Position numbers and translations under genes: made by a program. From a virus, in the IMG/VR virus record IMGVR_UViG_3300037461_000409, positions 1-64,000 of that record: 64,000 nt of DNA. One strand, given 5' to 3'. Below the pieces are notes generated by a model that worked only from the letters and a program-made list of their open reading frames with translations, ran no database searches and was not told where the DNA came from. Numbering within the stretch: the stretch's first letter is position 1; the number at the start of each line of letters is the position of its first letter. Positions 25,500 to 35,703 of this stretch are shown here, one piece after another.

Positions 25500-26375
25500 T
25501 TATAGCCGGATCGCTTTTCGTTCGATGGCCTCGATCATCTCTTTGGTGGTCTCCACCTTGTGCACACCGTTGGAATTGCCGGACTTTTGTCTCTTGAACT
25601 GGCGCTCGATCTTGTCGAAAAACTCCCAGAATCGCGCGGCCCCGGTCACCACCTCCGACCAATGGCCTCCGTCCTTCCACCGGGGGCTTGACATGATCGC
25701 CCAGCGGGCAACCTCCTGAGCGTAGGTGGCGGACGAAAGCAGGTCCGTCTTTCGTCGGGCCGCCAGTCGCTCGATTCCGGCATCCGAGGTTGTCAGGTCC
25801 AGAGCCTCGGGTTCTCCCGCTATCCCTAGAAGATTGTTGAAAGAAGAAAGAAAAAGGTGGGTGTGTGCGCGCGGTGGTGAAGCGCTTGTAACGTTACAGT
25901 CTGTTTCGGTAACGGGATGTAACGCTACCGTGTAACTTTCTGTAACGTTACCCTCTCCTCTCCTCTCCTCTCCTCTTATCTTATCTTCTCTTATCTGATC
26001 TCCTCTGGAGGGGAGTGCAGAGGGGAGGTTTTTTTTCGCCGCCCGGTGTCGCCGCACGCGCTCGGCCGAGGATGGGATTCTTGTCTGATGGTCCATCCAA
26101 TCATGCACCAGAAGGCGGCCGTCTTCGGTGCGGTCTATCAGACCGACTTCGATTGCTCGCTCCATGGCCGGCGGCAGCTGTTCCATGTGCTCCGGTGGCC
26201 ACAGAGCCGCTCGCGCGATGATGTGGGGTTTCCACATTCTGGTTACGTCTCCGGTTTCCGGGCTGTGGCGCATCGACAGCCGCCATATTGTCTCGACGAC
26301 ATTGGCCGCCCAAAACCCTGCCTCTTGAAATTTGAAGTGATCTCTGTGGTTTATGTCATCCTTGAGCCAGGTCAT
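25500..26375 (-). CDS. Phage replication initiator (replisome organiser)
   Basis: MTWLK..., GLID...LLVHDW.DHQ, SAERVRRHR, low-complexity linker with internal DNA repeats. Upstream of the DnaC-like gene. Confidence 0.8.
   Translation of the reverse strand: MTWLKDDINHRDHFKFQEAGFWAANVVETIWRLSMRHSPETGDVTRMWKPHIIARAALWPPEHMEQLPPAMERAIEVGLIDRTEDGRLLVHDWMDHQTRIPSSAERVRRHRAAKKNLPSALPSRGDQIREDKIRGEERRGEGNVTESYTVALHPVTETDCNVTSASPPRAHTHLFLSSFNNLLGIAGEPEALDLTTSDAGIERLAARRKTDLLSSATYAQEVARWAIMSSPRWKDGGHWSEVVTGAARFWEFFDKIERQFKRQKSGNSNGVHKVETTKEMIEAIERKAIRL
25825..26005. repeat. Putative replication origin: GTAAC iterons, 11 x 5-bp tract and A-rich flank inside the initiator gene
   Basis: TGTAACGTTACA palindrome at 25887-25898, further GTAAC copies at ~25909, 25919, 25932 and 25942, (TNNTC)-type pentamers at 25951-26005. 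Confidence 0.65.
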
Positions 26376-26553
26376 GGGCCTCTTCCTGATCTTTCTCGAA
26401 CTCCGCAAGGGCTCGCTCAAGCAGACAGAGGGCCAGGGAATGGCGGGTCATCCTGACGGGTGTTCCGCCAGGCAAACGGGCCGTGTTTTTGATGCGGTCC
26501 AGCCTCTCAAGCACGGTTGACGACACGCGCAGGTGAAGATGCCCCTCGGACAC
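26356..26553 (-). CDS. Ribbon-helix-helix-like DNA-binding protein
   Basis: HLHLRVSSTVLERLDRI..TRHSLAL.LLERAL. AAGGAG RBS. Confidence 0.65.
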   Translation of the reverse strand: MSEGHLHLRVSSTVLERLDRIKNTARLPGGTPVRMTRHSLALCLLERALAEFEKDQEEAHDLAQG

Positions 26554-26580
26554 GGTACTCTCCTTGGTGGGAACGCGCGA

Positions 26581-26610
26581 ACAATAGGCACAATAAACTC
26601 ACGATGTCAA
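26581..26610 (-). promoter_or_regulatory. Sigma70-like promoter of the replication operon
   Basis: TTGACA-18 nt-TATTGT in an AT-richer intergenic gap. Confidence 0.55.
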
Positions 26611-26645
26611 CCCCTGCAGAACCCAGTGATGCGGGCCTGCCATTT

Positions 26646-26685
26646 GGTGACGCACGGTGACAAACCGTTACGCACGGTGACGCAG
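26646..26685. repeat. Four tandem 10-bp repeats (GGTGACGCAC consensus), putative operator
   Basis: ggtgacgcac ggtgacaaac cgttacgcac ggtgacgcag. Confidence 0.7.
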
Positions 26686-26810
26686 CGGGGAATCGTCGAA
26701 TCGCCGGAGCCTCGCCAGGGGCTTCTGGAGCCTTTAGAAACGGAGATGCCAGGGGGGGGGGTGCACCCCTACCCCTCGGACGGGGTTTCATCTCGCCGGC
26801 GCCCAGGGAA

Positions 26811-27107
26811 CTAAAGGCTCCGCGACGCTCTCGCGCGTCGTAGGCGATCCCCCGCGGCCCTATCCGCGGCGATCTGGATCTCCGTCCGCATGCGAGGGGG
26901 GTTTGGATTCCTGCCTGCCCGGTACGGGTACAGGGCACAGGTCTTGACACCGCACTCCTGGGCCATCTTCGTGTCACCGCTGCAGCAGTCCATGCACTTC
27001 ATCTTGGCCGCCTTGCGAATGGGCAACAGGTTGTCGGGGTCGTCGTAGTTAATCGACGTGAAATTGTGGAGGTCTCGGCACAATTTCAACTGCTCGCTGT
27101 AGTTCAT
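26811..27107 (-). CDS. Phage Zn-binding protein
   Basis: KAAKMKCMDCC.G.......C....CALYPYR.G.NP. Confidence 0.7.
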   Translation of the reverse strand: MNYSEQLKLCRDLHNFTSINYDDPDNLLPIRKAAKMKCMDCCSGDTKMAQECGVKTCALYPYRAGRNPNPPRMRTEIQIAADRAAGDRLRRARASRSL

Positions 27108-27334
27108 CGGCCGTCCCTCGGCTTCTGCATCGCCTCGGTGATCGTGACGTGGTAGTCCGGCGGGTTCTCTCCCTCCCCCGGTCGGTCGTTTTTCCACACC
27201 TCCACCCTCAAACGCCCGATGTTCCCGGCCATGTACTTCTTCCCGTCCTTGGTCTCGTTGAGCCACAGTCCCATCACGCGCAGCCGCGGTGGCCGCCTGT
27301 CGTTGTCCTGCATTTTCCTTTGTCCTTTCAGCAC
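27104..27334 (-). CDS. Small DUF736-like putative ssDNA-binding protein
   Basis: GLWLNETKDGKKYMAG....VEVWKN......PDY. Confidence 0.6.
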   Translation of the reverse strand: MLKGQRKMQDNDRRPPRLRVMGLWLNETKDGKKYMAGNIGRLRVEVWKNDRPGEGENPPDYHVTITEAMQKPRDGR

Positions 27335-27391
27335 ACTGAACTGTTTGAAAACTCCGAATAGTTCGGATCGCCTGACCGACCCTGACCGACT

Positions 27392-28054
27392 CTACCCGGC
27401 CATGACCTTGACCGCGGCAGTCACGATCTGCGATGCGGCTTCGAGGTACCCCGCCAGCTGGGCCCGAGGCACCCGGCCTTGGGCGATCCTCGTGGCGGTC
27501 GCCCGCATCAGCGCTGGAAGGCCCTGCTCGACCGCCTGGGCGATCTTCTGGAGCACCCCAGCCGCATCCCTTACCACCATCCCTTCCTCGCCTCCTGCGG
27601 GCGTCTCCGGATGGTCGGCCATGACCCCCGCGTTCAGCCCAACGGTGTCTGCCGCAGTTGGCGCCACCGCCTGTTCGGTCGGTTGACCCATCGCTCGGCG
27701 GGCGTCGTTGGCGCTCCGGAGCTCCTCCTCCCCCTGGGCGCTGATCAGGTCGCCTCCCACCCCGATCTCGGGCGGGATGTACAATCCACCTCCGCGCGGC
27801 TGCTGTGTTGGCACGGCTGGCATGGGGGCGCCCGCGGGCGCGATCAGCGGCTGACCGGCCAACGCCGCCTGACGCGCTTCGGTCTGCCGGGCGAGGTCTC
27901 GCTCGAACGCCAGGCGCCTGGTCGCCGTTGACGGATCCGCGTCTCCTCCCCACGATCCAGGTGGCAAAACGGTTGGTGCTTCGGGGCTCATAATTGCTCT
28001 CCTGATTCTGTTGTAGATCCTGGTTATCACTCTCATTTTCGGAAATGTAGCCAA
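27392..28054 (-). CDS. Hypothetical protein
   Basis: 220-aa ORF, start uncertain. Confidence 0.5.
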   Translation of the reverse strand: MATFPKMRVITRIYNRIRRAIMSPEAPTVLPPGSWGGDADPSTATRRLAFERDLARQTEARQAALAGQPLIAPAGAPMPAVPTQQPRGGGLYIPPEIGVGGDLISAQGEEELRSANDARRAMGQPTEQAVAPTAADTVGLNAGVMADHPETPAGGEEGMVVRDAAGVLQKIAQAVEQGLPALMRATATRIAQGRVPRAQLAGYLEAASQIVTAAVKVMAG

Positions 28055-28079
28055 CCCGATCGGTTGTTCATTCTGCTGA

Positions 28080-28550
28080 CTAGGGATCCAGCCGTTTCAG
28101 CCCGGAGACCACCGCCACACCCACCCTGCAGGCAGGGCAGTAGTCCTCCCTCAGACGCACCCCCTCCACCCCCGACGGACGGAGGATCAGCAGCCATCCC
28201 CTGGGTGCTTTTTCATCCAACAACCACGTTGGGGCGCAACCACCCTTGGCACGGGCTTCGAGCTTCATGCCACAGTTGTCGCACCGGATATGAGGCGGCC
28301 CGGGCTCCAGCCCAAACCGGGCCATGCTCTGTCCCGCTCCACATTGGTAGCTCATCGATACCCCATGTCCCGCAGGTTTTGCCTCCACCGCCAGGCCGCC
28401 ATCACCCTCGGGAACCACCGCCACACGATCCGTGACAGCAGCCACTCCCGATGGCAGTAGGGGCAGGTGCGGTTGACCGGCCAGGCCGTCGGCGCGCCGC
28501 AGCTGATGCACCTCATGGAACACCGTCCGGGTTATCACGGTCGCCCCCAT
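28080..28550 (-). CDS. Hypothetical Zn-finger protein
   Basis: CDNCG...APRGW...DYCPAC. Confidence 0.55.
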   Translation of the reverse strand: MGATVITRTVFHEVHQLRRADGLAGQPHLPLLPSGVAAVTDRVAVVPEGDGGLAVEAKPAGHGVSMSYQCGAGQSMARFGLEPGPPHIRCDNCGMKLEARAKGGCAPTWLLDEKAPRGWLLILRPSGVEGVRLREDYCPACRVGVAVVSGLKRLDP

Positions 28551-28884
28551 CGTTTCCCGTTTCCTCTGGGCCTTCCGCCCGGCCGGACCATTGGAGGCAG
28601 GCGGGATAGTTGTCGGTAACCACCGTGGGCTTCTCATTCTGCCGCGGGAAGACGCACACCAGACCCTCGGTCACGGCATCGTCGGTTACGGTCAGCATCC
28701 TCTTCTCGCACCACCGGCAGGTCCCGCACCGGTCTTCTTCTGGCCAGAGCACGCCCGGCTTCGGGTCGCTGTAGTAGCCCCGGCAGTCGCTGTCACAGAG
28801 CCCTCCAGCCATCGCCAGGGGCACGCTCCGGCCTCGCGGGGCTTTGGTCCTGCCACAGGTCGTGCAGGTCACTCTGTCTGGCAT
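28513..28884 (-). CDS. Cys-rich hypothetical protein
   Basis: CTTCGRTKAPRGRS..C..DC.GY, then CGTCRWCE module. AAGGAGG RBS. Confidence 0.6.
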   Translation of the reverse strand: MPDRVTCTTCGRTKAPRGRSVPLAMAGGLCDSDCRGYYSDPKPGVLWPEEDRCGTCRWCEKRMLTVTDDAVTEGLVCVFPRQNEKPTVVTDNYPACLQWSGRAEGPEETGNDGGDRDNPDGVP

Positions 28885-29330
28885 TCGGTCCTCCTTGGAA
28901 ACTCCCACGGCGCGGGGAGCGGGCGCACCAGACGAAGGTCGACCAAGAACCGTTGCCGCCGGAAGTCGGTCACCCAAACGCCGGCCCAGTGGGCGCCATG
29001 GAGCTCGGGCGGGAACTCCACGACCGCCCGTGGCTCGCTCGCGGTCAGAATCTCCACCTCGACCCCTGGCTTGAGCACCCGGACCGCCCGGGCGTAGAGC
29101 GCCCATGGTGCCAGCCCCTCACCCTGGGCCGGCTGCCGGTAGACTCCACGGCCGTCGAGCTCGAACAAGAAGCGTTCGGCCACAACCTCGTCGGGTCCGG
29201 GTAGCGGCGGATCCTTCCACTCGGAAGTTGCCGGTTTCATCAGTGCCACCACCACGACCGGCGGCGGACACCTGTCAGGCAGGTCCAGGAACTCGATCCA
29301 GCCGTCGGACCACACCAGCTGCACCCTCAT
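28869..29330 (-). CDS. Hypothetical protein
   Basis: MRVQLVWSDG start, ATGA overlap. Confidence 0.5.
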   Translation of the reverse strand: MRVQLVWSDGWIEFLDLPDRCPPPVVVVALMKPATSEWKDPPLPGPDEVVAERFLFELDGRGVYRQPAQGEGLAPWALYARAVRVLKPGVEVEILTASEPRAVVEFPPELHGAHWAGVWVTDFRRQRFLVDLRLVRPLPAPWEFPRRTECQTE

Positions 29331-29950
29331 GGGGTCTCCTTCCTGGCGAACCTCGGACAGGCCCGCTGGCTGGCCGCAACCACGGGGTGGGTCCATCGCC
29401 TCTTGGCGTCAGGCGGGTCGGCCGCGCAGCACAGCTCGCTCGCCAAACCCTGTTGGTCGATGGTCAGCATCTTCACCTCACACCAGTGGCACCGCCCACA
29501 GGTGTTCGATTCCTGCGCCCGGGTGTTCATACCCGATGGGGTTCCGTTCACGATCTCGGGCCCGGCGTTCACCTCGAACACCCCGCGTTCACCGCGCATC
29601 GCCTCGAAGGGCAGCTCCATCGGGTTCGCGAGCACAAAGTGCCAGGTCTCGCTATCCTGCTCGGCCCAAACCGACCGGTGGCCGCGCACGCAGTCCACAA
29701 GGTCGACCTTCCCAATGATTCCGCCGAAGTCCCACTGGCCTACCCTGAGCATCGCCTCGGCCGCCTGGTCCAGTCCCCGCTCGCGCATCCACAGGGCGAT
29801 GGCGTCGAGATCCTGCGAGCGGGGCGGCTTCTTGCTCGCGTGGATGAGCAGCGGACCGCGGTAGTAGGTCGGCCAGCTGCGGTTTTCAATGTCCTTGCCC
29901 CCGTGGATGATCAGCCAGGCCCACGGCTGCCAGATGGAAAGTGCTCTCAT
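29327..29950 (-). CDS. ASCH domain protein with C-terminal Cys module
   Basis: MRALSIWQPWAWLIIHGGKDIENRSW...RGPLLIHAS, GGIIGKVDLVDC. Confidence 0.9.
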   Translation of the reverse strand: MRALSIWQPWAWLIIHGGKDIENRSWPTYYRGPLLIHASKKPPRSQDLDAIALWMRERGLDQAAEAMLRVGQWDFGGIIGKVDLVDCVRGHRSVWAEQDSETWHFVLANPMELPFEAMRGERGVFEVNAGPEIVNGTPSGMNTRAQESNTCGRCHWCEVKMLTIDQQGLASELCCAADPPDAKRRWTHPVVAASQRACPRFARKETP

Positions 29951-30267
29951 GCCAGCCTCTCAAGCCGTGCCCACCGCACCTCGCCCGACGCCAGCTTCTC
30001 CATCCACATGTCGTACAGCGGCGCGGTCTCGCCGTCGGAGATCTCGTCGAAGTCGGGGCTCACGGCCAGCACCTCCAGCTCGCCCCAGCCTTGGACCGTG
30101 GCCACCACGAACAGGTGCGGTACCAGGGCCGCGATGTCCCCCCATCGCCGGCCCTGTACCATCTCCCCGACAATGTCTGCCGAGAACTTGACCCTACCCC
30201 AGCGGCCCCGCGGTAGGCACCGCTGATTGAGCGGGCCACCCTCTCCGAACCAGACCCTGTCACTCAC
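29947..30267 (-). CDS. Hypothetical protein
   Basis: Coupled ORF, SPDFDEI..GE..P.Y motif. Confidence 0.55.
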   Translation of the reverse strand: MSDRVWFGEGGPLNQRCLPRGRWGRVKFSADIVGEMVQGRRWGDIAALVPHLFVVATVQGWGELEVLAVSPDFDEISDGETAPLYDMWMEKLASGEVRWARLERLA

Positions 30268-30613
30268 GGGGCACCCCCCCCTCCAGCCAGGTGGCCAGGT
30301 CCGACACGCGGGAGAACACCGGAATCCCCAGATCGACCGCCAACTCCCGCTCGGCCATTGCCCCGTCGCTCATCGTCCACGTACCAACCATCAGCACCGC
30401 ATCACACCGGCCCAAGAGCTCGGCCGTGGCTTTGAGCCAGAATCCGTCGTTGATGGTGCCGTTGAAGTATCGGTACATCGTGTGAGAGCACAGCGGAACC
30501 ATCCCGGCGACGGTAGCCACCTCCAACGCCGCCTCTTCCGCGCGACGGATATTGGTCTCGACCGCCCAGGAGTTGTCACCCCGGAACGGACCGGCGATGT
30601 AGACGATCTTCAT
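30260..30613 (-). CDS. DUF4406/DUF1937-like nucleoside deoxyribosyltransferase-fold protein
   Basis: VYIAGPF, LL.RCDAV....W..S.GA..E..LA..LGIPVF. Confidence 0.8.
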   Translation of the reverse strand: MKIVYIAGPFRGDNSWAVETNIRRAEEAALEVATVAGMVPLCSHTMYRYFNGTINDGFWLKATAELLGRCDAVLMVGTWTMSDGAMAERELAVDLGIPVFSRVSDLATWLEGGVPRE

Positions 30614-30691
30614 CTACGCACCTCCTGCTCTACCGGCTCGGGCGGCCGGCGGATCACCAGCCCCACGCGCCAGCATCCATGTTCGTCGGAG

Positions 30692-30955
30692 TCAATGACC
30701 CTGGTTCCGCACTCGTCGCACACCCAGGACCGGACTCCACACCCAGGACCGGACTTGGGGTAGCCTGGTGTGGATGGTGATGATGTAGGTGGTTCCACAG
30801 CCGGGGCACACGGACTCCCACTCGGACTCGCCACCCAAGCGCGGCGAATGGGCGTTCTGGAATGGCTCGGCGTTCGTGATGCCACACTTGGGGCAAACGG
30901 CTCGAACCAGATCTTCTCTTAGCTGTTCCATCTGGCTGCTCATTTGGACATCCAC
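30692..30955 (-). CDS. Zinc-ribbon protein
   Basis: CPKCG / CPGCG. Confidence 0.5.
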   Translation of the reverse strand: MDVQMSSQMEQLREDLVRAVCPKCGITNAEPFQNAHSPRLGGESEWESVCPGCGTTYIITIHTRLPQVRSWVWSPVLGVRRVRNQGH

Positions 30956-31155
30956 CCCTGGCCTTTCACGTAGACGACGCGCCCATTCTTCCGCAGGCGC
31001 TGCAGAGAACGATCCACTTCGCGGAACTGGGGGCCTTGGGGGTTGATGCTCAGAGCCCAGCAGACTTCAGCGAACGTCACCCCCTGGTTGTTCTGCACAA
31101 CCTGGACAATGCGGGAGTCGAACTCTTCGTTTTTCACTTGGATACCTCCTGCCAT
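30940..31155 (-). CDS. Small winged-helix protein
   Basis: FREVDRSLQRLRKNGRVVY...GW. Confidence 0.6.
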   Translation of the reverse strand: MAGGIQVKNEEFDSRIVQVVQNNQGVTFAEVCWALSINPQGPQFREVDRSLQRLRKNGRVVYVKGQGWMSK

Positions 31156-31811
31156 GGCCCACCAAAGTGGTCGGCCGCCCAGCGTCTGGCATCGACGATC
31201 GCGGTCTTGGCCTGGGCGGCCCCCTCAAGCGACAGCGCCCAGTGGAGATAGATCAGATGGGCGCTCACCACGTCCTCCTCGCAATAGCGTGCGACCCGCT
31301 CGGGCCCTCCCTCCTCGGCCCACACGCGCGCTACATCCGCGCCCGAGATGTCGTGCTTGCCGGGCAGGCCCAGCACCCTGGCCACGCCGTCCATGGGCAT
31401 CGCCCTGACACCCCCCTGGTCACCAAGGAGGTCCATCAGGTCGTAATGGACGAGCACCTGCTTGAAGTTGGCGTACCGGTGGCTCATGCCGCGCCAGAAG
31501 CTCCAGTCGATGCCATTGGCCATGGCGCGCAAGGACAGCAAGGGCATGTCGAACCCGCGCCCGTTCCAGGTGATAACCCGATGGGCTTGGCGCAGATCGC
31601 GCCCGAGCGCTTCGAGGGCCTCGGCCTCGGAGGCGTAGATGAAGTCGTCCCCCATGGTCCAGGTGTGCAGATCGAACACGTCCTTGGCCCGGGTCAGCCA
31701 GCTGATCACGCACGGCCGGTGTTCGGGCAGGGGCGGAAACCGCGCCGGATCATCTTCAGGTGGTTCCCACTGTGGACAAATGGTTTCGATGTCCAGAGTT
31801 ACGGTAATCAT
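31134..31811 (-). CDS. PolB-related 3'-5' exonuclease (DnaQ-like)
   Basis: LDIET, ITWNGRGFDMP, HYDLMD, LGLPGK, YCEEDV. Confidence 0.9.
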   Translation of the reverse strand: MITVTLDIETICPQWEPPEDDPARFPPLPEHRPCVISWLTRAKDVFDLHTWTMGDDFIYASEAEALEALGRDLRQAHRVITWNGRGFDMPLLSLRAMANGIDWSFWRGMSHRYANFKQVLVHYDLMDLLGDQGGVRAMPMDGVARVLGLPGKHDISGADVARVWAEEGGPERVARYCEEDVVSAHLIYLHWALSLEGAAQAKTAIVDARRWAADHFGGPWQEVSK

Positions 31812-31886
31812 TCTACTCCGCTCTCTTTCTGGGCTTCCCCAATACAACACTTTTTCACAAGATACCCGCGGGATGTCCGGATCCTA

Positions 31887-32825
31887 TCAACAGCCCCCAT
31901 CGTCTTCGGCGACCAATCGATAGACGCGCTTACGCCTCCGGAGGATCCCCTGTTTGACCATCCAGTCGATCCGGGTCATGACCCGCGAGCGTGTGCAGCC
32001 GCTGCAGGCGCGAACGATATCCTGCATGCCCCACACCGGCTGGTGCTGGCGAACGTAGTCGATGATGGTCTTGTCCATGATCTCCACCGGCACGGGTGAC
32101 CGGGTGACTTTCACCTGCACACCCGACGCGCGCTCCTCGCTTTTCTTGGCGCAGGCGTCCTTATACTTCTGGCTGCGCTCGCGGTGGAGCTCGTGGGCGG
32201 TCTTGTCCTGGGCCTCGGCCTCGGGGTCGCGCTTGTCGGGCTCGATCTCCAGGTCGTAGACCGTGGCCGGCTTCTGCTGCCCGGGCGCGGGTGCCCTGGG
32301 ATCGATCCACCGGCTTTGTCTCAGCAGCGTGTTCTGACAGCCGGTGCTGCTACAGGCGTAGTCGCGGATGGTCCCGGTGGCCTCGTCCACGAGCTCGACC
32401 CGCAGTAGCCCCTGGTCGCACTGGCGGCATGCCACGGGCGTGAGGTCCCCGGGTTCCACATGTGCGGGGATGTCCTCGCCCCTACCCGCGCAGTCGCCGC
32501 GCAGGTCACAGATGCGGCACTGGGGGGCGTTCGTGAGGTAGCTCCGGCGGAAGCACGGTGGCTTGCCCTGGCGCTCGGCGCGCATGCGCTCGACCGCCTG
32601 GCGCAGCTCCGGCAGGGTCTCGCCCTCCAGCGCATAGCCGTAGCTCAGGGCCTCCCGGCGAAGGGCGTCGAGCTCGTCGCGCTTGGCCTTGAGGTCGATG
32701 ATCTCCTGCTCGCGCTCGGCCCGTCGGATGGCAGCCTTCTCCTCGCGGGTCTTCTGCCCACGACGCCGTGGCGGGGGTTTCTCCGGCAGCTGAGGTCCGT
32801 CGTCGTTATCGAAGTCATTGTCCAT
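31887..32825 (-). CDS. Hypothetical protein with Zn-binding motifs and C-terminal wHTH
   Basis: PPCF..CRICDLRGDC, CRQC..CSSTGC, C-terminal helix-wing pattern. Confidence 0.6.
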   Translation of the reverse strand: MDNDFDNDDGPQLPEKPPPRRRGQKTREEKAAIRRAEREQEIIDLKAKRDELDALRREALSYGYALEGETLPELRQAVERMRAERQGKPPCFRRSYLTNAPQCRICDLRGDCAGRGEDIPAHVEPGDLTPVACRQCDQGLLRVELVDEATGTIRDYACSSTGCQNTLLRQSRWIDPRAPAPGQQKPATVYDLEIEPDKRDPEAEAQDKTAHELHRERSQKYKDACAKKSEERASGVQVKVTRSPVPVEIMDKTIIDYVRQHQPVWGMQDIVRACSGCTRSRVMTRIDWMVKQGILRRRKRVYRLVAEDDGGC

Positions 32826-35703
32826 GGTCGTTCACTTCAAACTCTGCCTCTACCCACTCGAACGGGGCATTGACTCGAATGGGTATTTGGCAGCGGAGCA
32901 CTTCTCCCTCGAAGTCGCACTCGCACTCCTCGAACACCAGGGCCGCCCTCGGGACCGAGGCACAATCGGGGATGTCCGCGGAGATGTCGCAGCCCAGGGC
33001 GCGGAGCTCGGCTGCGCTGATTCGGTCGTTGATCATGGCTGTAAGTCCCCGCAGTAGGCGCACCACGCGCGACCGCCCTCGTCAGCGTGTCCCGGGCATG
33101 TGGTAAAGCGGCGCAGCCAGAGCTCGGCCTGCTGTGGAGTAAGCAGGTCGGCCGCCTGGGCAAAGTTGATGATCGCCCCCGCGCATGCCAGCTGTGGAGG
33201 GCTGCAGTCATCGCGCAGGGTGCGCCACACGCTGTAAAGAGCATCCCAGGCTCGTGGGTTTGCCACCGTATCTCGCTCATCGGTCATGGCAGTCTCCTTC
33301 GGGCTTGCCAGCCCATGTAGTGCCCCAGCCGCATGACCCGGCGTCGTTCATCCTCCATGGGTGACCACGCGAGGTCGAGGCAGTCCCAGGCCGCGAGCCA
33401 CCGGCGCTCGTTCTCGTCGAGCTCAGCCGTCTGCAACCAGCGTTTCCAGCTGAGATACTCCCGTTCGAGGTCGCTTGGGCTCATCTCACCACGATCCCCC
33501 CCCTCGCGCTCCATCTTCGCGGCCTCGCTGTCGAACTCCGGGGCTCTCCGACAGGTCATCTCCCGGAACGCCTTGGCCGGCGGGGTCTCCCAGCACTCGT
33601 CGAGGACCATCGCTACCAGGTAGCGAGCTCGCCCGCGGGAGCGCGCGGCGTAGACGCCGGTGATGCCGTTCCAGGTGATGCGCCACGCCTTCATGGGCGC
33701 CTCTTGGGGATGCCGTCCGTCGGGTCGACCCATGATCCCATCTCCGAGCCGATGGTGATGCTCTTGCCCACGCGCAGCAGGCGCTCGCGGAACTGCTCGT
33801 CGGTCTCATCCAACTGCCGACCAACCCGATCTTGCATGTGCTGATCGAGGATGCCGCTGTGCTGTCCGAGCTGGAGCTTGCGTGCAAGCGCATCGGGCAG
33901 CCGCACGACCATCGGCACGTCGACGTAGCCGTCCGGACGTGGGCCAACGGCCGAGGGAAGCGCCGAGATCATCCGCTCCAGCTCGTCGGCGGTGGCGTGA
34001 CCAAGCTCGGCATCCACGCGACAGCCGAACTCGGTAGCCCACCGTTCCCATCGGGCACGGTCCTCGAAGAACGGCGTCCGCCTCCACTCGCGCAGCAGCG
34101 CCGCCAGGCGGTCCGCGCGCGAGGGCAAGCGCGACACCCCATGATGTCGCTCGCGCCACTCCACGTCCAACATCTCGGTCACCCGCTCGGGCGCGTCCTT
34201 GAAGATCGCGTCCAGTATCGCCGCGGCCAGCTCGCGGTTGGTCATGGGCGTTCTCCGTTGTCGTGCTCGCAGCCTTCGCACACCTCCTCGCAGCCATCGC
34301 ATACCCCCTCGCCAGGGGCATCGACGATGCCCTCGAAGTGGCCGGGCGGGTCCACGTCGGTCAGCGGTACGAACGCGACTCCCTCGACCACCTGCACGTC
34401 CACCACCTCCTTCGGCCCGTTGACCCAGCCCTCCTGGAACTCGTCGGCGGACATGGGCGCGCGGTCGATGACCTTGGGCGCGTGCTCCACCACGTCCTTC
34501 CAGTCCATGTTCCCCGCGGCCCAGTCGATCAGGTCGTGATCATCTTCCGGAGCATGTCCATACTGGCGCTCGAAGTCGTCAATCACGATCTGGGCCGGAA
34601 CATCCCAGCGGCTGCTGTCGGGCATCATCTTCATCGAAGCACCGCCTCTGGTGAGGCCAGCTCGGACAGGAGCATCTCCCGCTGGCGAGCGTCCTGATCA
34701 GCCGCGTGCGACTGCTCGACCAGGGCCTTGACCACCACGTCCTGGTCTGGGAGCTCAACCCCCAGGTGGCCGCACATGCGCTCGGCCCCCAGCAACAGGG
34801 CCGCCCCAAACAGCTGCCACTCGCCGACGGTCATTATCACCAGCCCGCACAGGGCCAGCTGTCCCGGGGTCTCACCCGCGCGGACACGCATGTGGACGTG
34901 GCCGCCCTTGGCCTCACTCTCGATTCTGATTGTCAGCATCCTACCTCCAACGACCGGGCAGTGCCCGGGTGTCGTGCGCTGGGCCGGGGCCAGCGACTGT
35001 GGAAGACCCAGCGCCCCTTGGGCGGGGGCGCATGCTCGAAGTACCGTGACAACATGGTCGATGGGTTCCACCGGCCGTTGGCCTGGTCGCGAACCGCACG
35101 GGCATCGGCAACTGTCACCTGCCCAAGCTCCAGGCAGCGCCGTTCGAGTAACACCGCCGCGACCGACCAGGGGGTCACCCGCTCGGGGCTGGGTACGCCG
35201 GCGGGCACCTGCGGTACCACCATCGGCAGAGTCTCTGGCCTCCGCGTCTGCCAGCGGTACCAGCGCCACCAAATCGGCGCTGGCCTGGCACCGTTCCAGC
35301 CGTAGGTCGTCGCGAGGTTCAGCGGCGGGTGGACGCCGCCGAGCCACGTCTGGTACTCGTTCTCGGGTGGTCGCGCGACCAGGAGTCGCAGGTGCTGGGC
35401 GACGAGGCAGAAGTGGGCGCGGTTGCCGCGGCGGGCATTCTCGGTTCGCCCGGGCCAACCGCCGACCAGGACCAGCCGATAGTGGGGGCCTCGGGCCAGG
35501 GCATTGCGCCTCCGGACGCTCAGGTAGGTGCCCATGTCGGGCATCGCCTGGATCATCCCCCATTGGTCGGCCTGGAGCTTGGACTGGACACCTACCTGGA
35601 CCTGGCCACGAACCATCAGGATGTCCCAGCCGGCGGTCTCGGGATAGGCGGTCCAGCCCGAGCAGGCGTCGATGAACTGCTGGCAGAGGTCCGCCTCGGT
35701 CAT
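32815..35703 (-). other. Run of about 7 translationally coupled small phage hypothetical genes, the first PD-(D/E)xK-like
   Basis: ORFs 32815-33036, 33033-33287, 33284-33694, 33691-34245, 34242-34634, 34631-34939 and 34933-35703 (YPETAGWDILMV...GVQSK), mostly with ATGA overlaps. Confidence 0.55.

Noticed and set aside
25951-26005. Period-5 GANNA tract as a second guide-like array
   Set aside because: It lies inside the initiator CDS, encodes the usual low-complexity linker (DQIREDKIRGEERRGEG), and is far from the RAMP gene.
26552-26566. The concatenated triplets of the G-NNN tract (acg ata ctc tcc ttg) match acggtactctccttg over the RBS/start of the RHH gene at 14/15, a possible self-target
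   Set aside because: About 0.5 such matches are expected by chance for a 102-nt query against 128 kb, and the flanks do not extend. Revisit only if the pairing code is established.
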